A DNA stretch of 32,000 nt from an uncultured archaeon (GTDB lineage: Archaea > Asgardarchaeota > Jordiarchaeia > Jordiarchaeales > Jordiarchaeaceae), in assembly GCA_964510585.1 (NCBI GenBank), contig CAZECW010000038.1, forward strand, positions 156-32,155, written 5' to 3'. The notes beneath the pieces were generated by a model. It was not told the origin of the DNA. It ran no database searches and saw only the letters and a program-made list of their open reading frames with translations. Positions 25,178 through 32,000 of this stretch are shown here, piece by piece (positions within the stretch are counted from its first letter, which is position 1; the number at the start of each line of letters is the position of its first letter). Both the position numbers and the translations under genes were made by a program.

Positions 25178-27998
25178 CCTCCACCTCCAAAACTCTCTTC
25201 AGAGCCTGACCCGTATATGATGATGGCACCTTCATCACTTCTTCCGGCGTTCCCTCACAAACAATTTCGCCTCCACGATCCCCACCCTCAGGACCCAAAT
25301 CAATGATGTAATCCGCCACCTTAATCACGTCCAAGTTATGCTCAATTACAATCACCGTGTTACCCGCATCAACCAACCGATTCAAAACATCTAAAAGCTG
25401 CTGAATGTCTGCAAAGTGCAAACCTGTGGTGGGTTCATCGAGTATGTATAGTGTTTTTCCTGTGCTTTGTCTGCTTAGTTCTTTGGAGAGTTTTACTCTT
25501 TGGGCTTCTCCTCCGCTTAGTGTGGTTGCGGGTTGTCCTAGTTGGATGTAGCCGAGTCCTACGTCTTTTAGGGTTTGGAGTTTTTTCTTGATTTTTGGTA
25601 TGTTTTCGAAGAATTCTAGTGCTTCGTCTACGGTCATTTCTAGTACGTCGTGGATGTTTTTGCCTTTGTACTTTATTTCTAGGGTTTCTCTGTTGAATCT
25701 TTTTCCTTTGCAGTTTTCGCATTTGATGTACACGTCTGGGAGGAACTGCATTTCTATTTTTATGGTTCCGTTTCCTTGGCAGGCTTCGCATCTTCCGCCT
25801 CTGACGTTGAAGCTGAATCTTCCGGGTCGGTAGCCTCTCATTCTGGCTTCGGGAACTTTGGAGAAAACTTCTCTTATTTCCGTGAAGACTGTGGTGTAGG
25901 TTGCGGGGTTGGAGCGTGGCGTTCTTCCTATGGGTGATTGGTCGATCATGATTACTTTGTCTATGTTTTCCAACCCTTCTATTCCCTCATATTTTCCAGG
26001 CTTTTCTAATGAGTGGTAAAATTTCTGCGCTAGGGCTTTGTAGAGGGTTTCGTAAATTAGGCTGCTTTTGCCTGAGCCTGAGACGCCGGTTATGCAAATG
26101 AACATTCCTAGGGGAAATTTCACGTCAATGTTCTTTAGATTGTTTTGTTGGGCTCCTCTTAGAGTCAGGTATTTGCCGTTGCCTTTGCGTCGCCTTTGTG
26201 GTACTGGTATTTTGATTTCTCCAGAAAGGTATCGGCCGGTTAAGGAGTTTTTGTTGGCCATTATTTCTTCGGGGGTTCCAGCAGCTACAACCCAGCCTCC
26301 GTTTCTTCCAGCGCCGGGGCCCAAGTCTATGATGTAGTCTGCGGCTCTTATGGTGTCTTCGTCGTGTTCCACTACTATGATGGTGTTGCCTAAATCCCTT
26401 AGTTCTTTTAGGGTTTCAATTAGTCTTTTTTTGTCTCTGTAGTGGAGTCCAATTGAGGGTTCGTCTAGTATGTATATTACTCCGACGAGGCTGCTTCCTA
26501 TTTGGGTTGCGAGTCTTATTCTTTGGGCTTCTCCTCCGCTGAGGGTTCCTGCGGCTCTGTCCATTGTGATGTATTCTAGTCCCACGTTTTTTAGGAATTT
26601 TAGTCTTGACTTTATTTCTTTGAGGATTTTTTCTGCTATTATTTGTTCTCTTTCTCCGAGTTGTAGTTGGTCGAAGAATTTTTGGGCTTGTTCAACGGAC
26701 ATTTTTGTGACTTGGGCTATGTTGAGGCCTCCCACGGTTACTGCTAGGCTTTGGGGCTTTAGTCTGTCTCCTTTGCAGTGGGGGCATGGGCTCATGTCCA
26801 TGAATTTCTCCATTTCTTCTTGGATGTATTCGGATTTTGTTTCGCGGTATCTGCGTTCCAGATTGTTTATGACTCCCTCGAAGCTCCCTTCATATTCTAG
26901 GTATACTCCTCCATCCTCATTTTGGTAAATCATTCTGACTGGTTCGTGGGTTCCGTAGAGGATTATGTTGAGTTGCTCTTTTGTTAGGTTCTTTATTGGT
27001 GTGTAGATGCTGAAGCCGTACTGTTTTGCTACTGACTCCAGTTTTTTTAGGTACCAGCTTCCTGTGGGGTTGTGCCAGGGTGCTATTGCTCCTTCTGCTA
27101 GGGATAGTTCTTTGTTTGGGATTACTAGGTCGGGGTCGATTCTTCTGGTTGTTCCCAGTCCGCTGCAATAGGTGCATGCTCCTTGTGGGTTGTTGAATGA
27201 GAACATTTGGGGTGTGAGTTCTTCGAATCCCGTTCCACAATCCTCGCAGGCTAAGCGTCTGCTGTAGATGTTTTCCTTCTCCTCGTTTATTAGAATTTTT
27301 ACAACGTCTCCGAATTTGAGGCAGGTTTCAACGGAGTCGCTTAGTGTTTTTTGGATGTTTGGCTCGATGACTAGTCTATCTACTACCAAGTCTATGTCGT
27401 GTTTCTTGTTTTTGTCGAGTATAATCTCTTCCTCAAGGTCTCTTATTTCTCCGTCTATTCTGACTCTGGCGAAGCCTTCGTTTTTGAGGTTTTCTAGGAC
27501 TTTGCGGTATTCTCCCTTTCTCCCCTTAACTATGGGTGCCAATATTTGTATTCTGGTTCCTTCTGGGAGGCTCATTATTCGGTCTACTATTTGTTCTGTG
27601 GTGAGTTGTGTGATTTCTTTTCCGCATTTCCAGCAGTGTGGGGTTCCCACTCTGGCGTAGAGTAGCCTGAGGTAATCATAAATTTCGGTTATGGTTCCAA
27701 CGGTGGATCTGGGGTTTCTGGTGGGTGGCTTCTGCTCTATGGATATTGCGGGGGACAGTCCCTCTATGTATTCTACGCTGGGTTTCTCCATCATTTCTAG
27801 GAATTGGCGGGCGTAGGAGGATAGGGATTCAATGTATCTCCTTTGTCCCTCCGCGTATATTGTGTCGAATGCCAGTGAGGATTTTCCAGAACCGCTGAGT
27901 CCAGTTATTACCACTAGTTTGTCGCGGGGGATTTCCACGTCAATGTTTTTGAGGTTGTGCTCTGATGCTCCTTTAACAATTATTTTGTCTTTACCCAT
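25158..27998 (-). CDS. uvrA: Excinuclease ABC subunit A
   Basis: Two ABC cassettes ([26 protein letters not shown] twice, LDEP) and Zn fingers. Confidence 0.98.
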   Translation of the reverse strand: MGKDKIIVKGASEHNLKNIDVEIPRDKLVVITGLSGSGKSSLAFDTIYAEGQRRYIESLSSYARQFLEMMEKPSVEYIEGLSPAISIEQKPPTRNPRSTVGTITEIYDYLRLLYARVGTPHCWKCGKEITQLTTEQIVDRIMSLPEGTRIQILAPIVKGRKGEYRKVLENLKNEGFARVRIDGEIRDLEEEIILDKNKKHDIDLVVDRLVIEPNIQKTLSDSVETCLKFGDVVKILINEEKENIYSRRLACEDCGTGFEELTPQMFSFNNPQGACTYCSGLGTTRRIDPDLVIPNKELSLAEGAIAPWHNPTGSWYLKKLESVAKQYGFSIYTPIKNLTKEQLNIILYGTHEPVRMIYQNEDGGVYLEYEGSFEGVINNLERRYRETKSEYIQEEMEKFMDMSPCPHCKGDRLKPQSLAVTVGGLNIAQVTKMSVEQAQKFFDQLQLGEREQIIAEKILKEIKSRLKFLKNVGLEYITMDRAAGTLSGGEAQRIRLATQIGSSLVGVIYILDEPSIGLHYRDKKRLIETLKELRDLGNTIIVVEHDEDTIRAADYIIDLGPGAGRNGGWVVAAGTPEEIMANKNSLTGRYLSGEIKIPVPQRRRKGNGKYLTLRGAQQNNLKNIDVKFPLGMFICITGVSGSGKSSLIYETLYKALAQKFYHSLEKPGKYEGIEGLENIDKVIMIDQSPIGRTPRSNPATYTTVFTEIREVFSKVPEARMRGYRPGRFSFNVRGGRCEACQGNGTIKIEMQFLPDVYIKCENCKGKRFNRETLEIKYKGKNIHDVLEMTVDEALEFFENIPKIKKKLQTLKDVGLGYIQLGQPATTLSGGEAQRVKLSKELSRQSTGKTLYILDEPTTGLHFADIQQLLDVLNRLVDAGNTVIVIEHNLDVIKVADYIIDLGPEGGDRGGEIVCEGTPEEVMKVPSSYTGQALKRVLEVEVDGAAC

Positions 27999-28001
27999 GT
28001 T

Positions 28002-29957
28002 CTAATTTCCCTCTTGTACCGATTTGAGTTGGAATAGTTTGTCGCGGATGGCTGCGGCTCTTTCAAACTCTAGGGCGGCCGCTGCGGCTCTCATCTCCCT
28101 CTCTAAATCCTTTATCACTATGGGTAACTCTTCTCTAGGTATTTTTTCAACTTCTATTTCTTCGTGTCTTCTTCCCGTCATGTCTCTTATGGCTTTCACT
28201 ATGGTTTGGGGAGTTATTCCATGTTCCTCATTATACTTCATTTGTTTGTTTCGTCTGCGGTTGGTTTCCTCTATGGCTCTCCTCATTGCTTCGGTAACAG
28301 TGTCGGCATACATTATTACGGTGCCGTTAACATTCCTTGCAGCTCTGCCAATGGTTTGAATTAATGCTTGCTCTGATCTGAGAAAACCCTCCTTGTCTGC
28401 GTCCAGTATGGCGACTAGGGAAACTTCGGGGAGGTCTAAGCCTTCCCTCAAAAGGTTTATGCCTATAAGGACGTCGAATTTTCCGAGGCGTAAATCCCTA
28501 ACTATGTCCACTCGGTCAAGTGTTTCAATTTCGGAGTGCAGGTACCTTACTTTGACGCCTAGATTCTCGTAATAATCAGTTAGGTCTTCAGCCATCCTCT
28601 TGGTTAAGGTGGTAACCAGAACCCTCTCATTTCGCTCCACCCGCTTCCTAATTTCGCCCAGAAGATCGTCTATTTGTCCCTCTACTGGTCGAACCTCTAC
28701 TATGGGATCCATTAGGCCTGTGGGACGAATAATTTGCTCCACCAGCTGCTCATTTTTCTCCAACTCGTAGGGGCCCGGGGTTGCTGAAACGTATATGGCC
28801 TGGTTTACTAGCCTTTCAAACTCTTCAAATTTGAGGGGCCTATTGTCGAATGCTGAGGGTAGTCGGAAACCATACTCCACTAGTGCTTCTTTTCTGGATC
28901 TGTCTCCCTCATACATTCCCCTAATTTGGGGTATGGTTACATGGGATTCATCAATGAACAGCAGGTAATCTTTGGGAAAATAGTCAATGAGTGTGAATGG
29001 TCTCTCGCCGGGCTTTCTGCCATCCAGATGCCTAGAGTAATTCTCTATACCGGGACAGTAGCCCATTTCCCGCAGCATTTCCAAGTCGAACCTAGTTCTC
29101 TGCTCTAGCCTCTGCGCTTCAAGAAGCTTATTCTTCGACCTTAACTCTTTTAGCCTTTGTTCTAATTCCTCCTCGATGCTTTCTATGGCCTTCGATAGAT
29201 TCACGCTGGGTATAACGTAGTGTTTGGCTGGTAGAATGTAAACCCTGCTTTTCTCCGCCTTAGTTTTACGTGTCAAAGTGTCAAGTTCCCTGATTCTCTC
29301 TATGCGGTTTCCGAAAAGCTCCACTCTTATTAGGGTTTCCTCATAGGAGGGGTAAATCTCAATAACGTCTCCTCGAACCCTGAATTTTCCCCTCTCCAAG
29401 TTCAAATCGTTACGCTCATATTGTATGTCCACTAGTTCTCTGAGGATCTCCTCCCTACTCTTTGTTTGTCCAGTTTCCAAAAAGAAACCCATGCTTCTAT
29501 AATAGTCGGGTGAACCCAAACTGTAAATGCAGGAAACACTTGCCACCACTATTGTGTCCCTGCGTTCAACCAAAGCCCTAGTGGCTGCGTTGCGCATCCT
29601 GTCAATTTCCTCATTGATTGAGGTTTCCTTTGCTATGTAGAGGTCTAATTGTGGAACATAAGCCTCGGGCTGATAATAATCATAATAGCTTACAAAATAC
29701 TCCACAGCGTTTTCTGGAAAGAATTCCTTAAATTCGCTATATAACTGAGCCGCCAAAGTTTTATTATGCGAGATGACCAGGGTGGGTTTCTGTACCTGTT
29801 CTATGACGTTTGCCATAGTGAAGGTTTTTCCAGAGCCGGTAACTCCAAGTAGGGTTTGGTGGCGCAAATTATTCTCTACGCCTTCCACCAACTTGCTAAT
29901 GGCTTCAGGCTGATCGCCTCGTGGAGTATAATCTGACACTAGCTTAAATTTGGACAT
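28002..29957 (-). CDS. uvrB: Excinuclease ABC subunit B
   Basis: [18 protein letters not shown] beta-hairpin, DESH, GRAARN and a C-terminal UVR coil. Start re-assigned to ATG 29957 (MSKFKL). Confidence 0.97.
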   Translation of the reverse strand: MSKFKLVSDYTPRGDQPEAISKLVEGVENNLRHQTLLGVTGSGKTFTMANVIEQVQKPTLVISHNKTLAAQLYSEFKEFFPENAVEYFVSYYDYYQPEAYVPQLDLYIAKETSINEEIDRMRNAATRALVERRDTIVVASVSCIYSLGSPDYYRSMGFFLETGQTKSREEILRELVDIQYERNDLNLERGKFRVRGDVIEIYPSYEETLIRVELFGNRIERIRELDTLTRKTKAEKSRVYILPAKHYVIPSVNLSKAIESIEEELEQRLKELRSKNKLLEAQRLEQRTRFDLEMLREMGYCPGIENYSRHLDGRKPGERPFTLIDYFPKDYLLFIDESHVTIPQIRGMYEGDRSRKEALVEYGFRLPSAFDNRPLKFEEFERLVNQAIYVSATPGPYELEKNEQLVEQIIRPTGLMDPIVEVRPVEGQIDDLLGEIRKRVERNERVLVTTLTKRMAEDLTDYYENLGVKVRYLHSEIETLDRVDIVRDLRLGKFDVLIGINLLREGLDLPEVSLVAILDADKEGFLRSEQALIQTIGRAARNVNGTVIMYADTVTEAMRRAIEETNRRRNKQMKYNEEHGITPQTIVKAIRDMTGRRHEEIEVEKIPREELPIVIKDLEREMRAAAAALEFERAAAIRDKLFQLKSVQEGN

Positions 29958-30270
29958 CTTCCCAAAGGCTCCTTCCACAATCAATTCAAACAGTAAAATT
30001 TGAAACAAATAAATATTAGGATTTGAATCAAAAAATATTAATTGAAAAATCCAGAAATAAAAAACACCGGCAAATTGATGAATATTCCTTCCAAAAATTT
30101 GTATGATGTAAAATCATTCGAAGTCTAAAAAAGGAGACAGCTACAAGGCTCCTCGCGGTTTAAAGCTTAGAGAAAAGGACTCCCATAAACCTACATCACT
30201 CAAAAAACTGAGAAGGCGAAAATGGGAAAACCCCTTTAAATTATACAAAAATTGTGAGGGAACAAATTTA

Positions 30271-30765
30271 ATGTTAGCGAAAAGGGATGTTAAGGGTTTA
30301 ATAAAAGCCCTAAAAGGCAGCAAAGAGGCGGAAGTGCGGGCAAATGCTGCGGAGGCGCTGGGGAAGCTGGGTGACAGAAAGGCGGTAAAAACACTCATTC
30401 AGGCTCTTCACGATGAGGATAGCTATGTTCGATTGAGAGCCGCATTAGCTCTGGGAGCACTAAAAGAAAACACTGCAGTAGATCCACTTATTCAAGCTCT
30501 CCACGATTGTGACGCCTATGTTAGAGGCGGAGCTGCATGGGCTCTGGGAGAAATTAGAGACAGAAAAGCAGTGGAACCCCTAATTAAAAAACTGGAGGAT
30601 GAAAATAGCCACGTCCGAATATTCACAGCAATGGCTCTAGGACTGGTTGGGGATCACAGAGCCGTGGAACCACTCAGGAAGGCTATGAAGGACAAAGATG
30701 ACAACGTAAGGGAGGCGGCATACGAAGCCCTAAAATGGCTAGCAGATAGAATTAATATAGAATGA
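30271..30765 (+). CDS. HEAT-repeat (PBS-lyase-like) protein
   Basis: Five ~31-aa repeats of the type VRxxAAxALGxxxDxxAVxPLIxALxDxD. Confidence 0.93.
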   Translation: MLAKRDVKGLIKALKGSKEAEVRANAAEALGKLGDRKAVKTLIQALHDEDSYVRLRAALALGALKENTAVDPLIQALHDCDAYVRGGAAWALGEIRDRKAVEPLIKKLEDENSHVRIFTAMALGLVGDHRAVEPLRKAMKDKDDNVREAAYEALKWLADRINIE

Positions 30766-30906
30766 TACAAAAACAATTAAATAGCGCCTACCCCTAACCA
30801 GAATTATCCCCCCTATGAATAAATTTTAACTCCAAAAATGGAATAAATAAAGCAAAAAGGGTTTTACAAATTAATTTCTACACATTAATAGGAGGAGAAT
30901 GGCGAA

Positions 30907-31686
30907 TTGAGCTACGAATCACTAAAAGAAATAAAACTGGTGAAAACTTCTTTTAAGAACCAGACCGCAATACTAACCCTAAACAAACCCCCAGTGAACG
31001 CCCTCTACATCGACCTTTATAACGACCTAGGCAACGCTCTGGATATCCTTGAAGGTATGAGTGAGGTAAGAGCAGTTATACTAACCGGAAGTGATAAAAT
31101 TTTCAGCGCCGGAATGGACCTTAAAGCCGTTGGGAAGGCTTCACCTGAGGAATTGTTGGAACTTATGGAAATAGGTTACAACTTTTTCCAGAGAATGGAG
31201 AGGTACCCCAAACCCACCATAGCCGCTGTAAAGGGCTTCGCTTTGGGCGGTGGCTTAGCATTAGCCATTGTATGTGATTTCAGAATAGCGGGAGAAAACG
31301 CCGTTTTTGGTTTGCCTGAAAGCCGATTGGGTTTTCCCCTACTCTGGGGCGTCACAAACCTGTTTCTGAGAACAGTGAGCAGGGGGCCAGGACTGGATCT
31401 TCTTCTAACTGGCAGAAACATAACCGCTAGGGAAGCACTCCAATACAATCTGGTAAAAAGCGTAGTTGCAGATGAAAAGGTTCTAGAAGAAGCGTTAAAC
31501 CTCGCAGACCAAGTAAACAAAAACCTGCCCCCCTTCGCAGCCAAAGCCATCAAATCAGTACTATACGAAGCATCAAGGGAAACCTCCCCCCGAAAGGTAT
31601 TCGACATAGAAAATAGACACATATGGGAAATACTTAACCAAATAAATCTTAAAGCATGGTTAAAGGAGTACCTAGAGAAGAAATAA
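30907..31686 (+). CDS. Crotonase-superfamily protein with a single catalytic Glu
   Basis: LNKPPVNA, FSAGMDL, KPTIAAVKG, GGGLA (Ala where Glu is expected) and FGLPE. GGAGGAG RBS 9 nt before the TTG. Confidence 0.9.
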   Translation: MSYESLKEIKLVKTSFKNQTAILTLNKPPVNALYIDLYNDLGNALDILEGMSEVRAVILTGSDKIFSAGMDLKAVGKASPEELLELMEIGYNFFQRMERYPKPTIAAVKGFALGGGLALAIVCDFRIAGENAVFGLPESRLGFPLLWGVTNLFLRTVSRGPGLDLLLTGRNITAREALQYNLVKSVVADEKVLEEALNLADQVNKNLPPFAAKAIKSVLYEASRETSPRKVFDIENRHIWEILNQINLKAWLKEYLEKK

Positions 31687-31704
31687 CACGTTTAGAAAAG
31701 GAGG

Positions 31705-31726
31705 GGGAGAGAATTTAATCTCTCCC
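31705..31726 (+). terminator. Hairpin downstream of the last crotonase gene
   Basis: GGGAGAGA/TCTCTCCC 8-bp stem with a 6-nt loop, 19 bp after the stop. Confidence 0.5.
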
Positions 31727-32000
31727 GCATAGCCCCCTAGTCCTACTTGTTCCAGATCTTCCACTATGCCCCAGCCATAAAACTATACAATTGTCAATAT
31801 TCAGAAATTCTCCCCCCTATATAAATCTTTTCAAATAAATGCTGTGTTGTATAATTTTGCTTTTTCTAATGAATTTATTTAATTTTCTTAAATTTTTTCA
31901 AATTAACAATGTGAAATTGCAAAAAATTCAAAATAATATATAAATAAATTAAAAAAATAAGAATTATGCAACACAGCATCCCTAAACTGTTCACCGAAAA

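Noticed and set aside
30271-30765. HEAT-repeat protein as a eukaryotic-signature or defence component
   Set aside because: Ordinary PBS-lyase-type repeats, common in prokaryotes, with no fused effector domain or suggestive neighbours.
31730-32000. Very AT-rich window end as a possible origin or array leader
   Set aside because: No ORB-like repeats, no cdc6/orc1 and no repeat unit visible; the window ends before any context appears.

Overview
Archaeal chromosomal window. Evidence: BRE/TATA promoters, GGAGG/GGTGG ribosome-binding sites, an archaeal HAD-ECH fusion and an ADP-forming acyl-CoA synthetase; the gene content is compatible with an Asgard or Bathyarchaeia-like anaerobe, which is inference only. 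(1) 0.3-1.5 kb: a decayed MNT-HEPN toxin-antitoxin pair. The HEPN gene is interrupted by a 280-bp ORF-less IS200/IS605 (IS608-type) miniature element with intact ends and what looks like a complete TnpB omegaRNA scaffold. (2) 1.9-22.7 kb: a large acyl-CoA/beta-oxidation-like region with a HAD-ECH fusion, two enoyl-CoA hydratases, a frameshifted acyl-CoA dehydrogenase with a C-terminal winged-helix-like extension, an NMO/FabK-like flavoenzyme, a DUF35-Ltp4-Ltp3-DUF35 operon resembling the actinobacterial branched-sterol retro-aldolase, two tandem MFS transporters, an ACD alpha subunit, a gamma-CA-like protein and an acyl-CoA ligase. A divergent PyrE-like PRTase, a URO-D-like protein and a COG1233 FAD oxidoreductase also lie here. 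(3) 22.7-31.7 kb: a hypothetical helical protein, a uvrB-uvrA-uvrC operon with an abrupt synonymous-codon switch inside uvrA, a HEAT-repeat protein and a crotonase lacking one catalytic Glu. I found no rRNA, tRNA or CRISPR array. All family assignments are from motif recognition by eye; no database searches were run.
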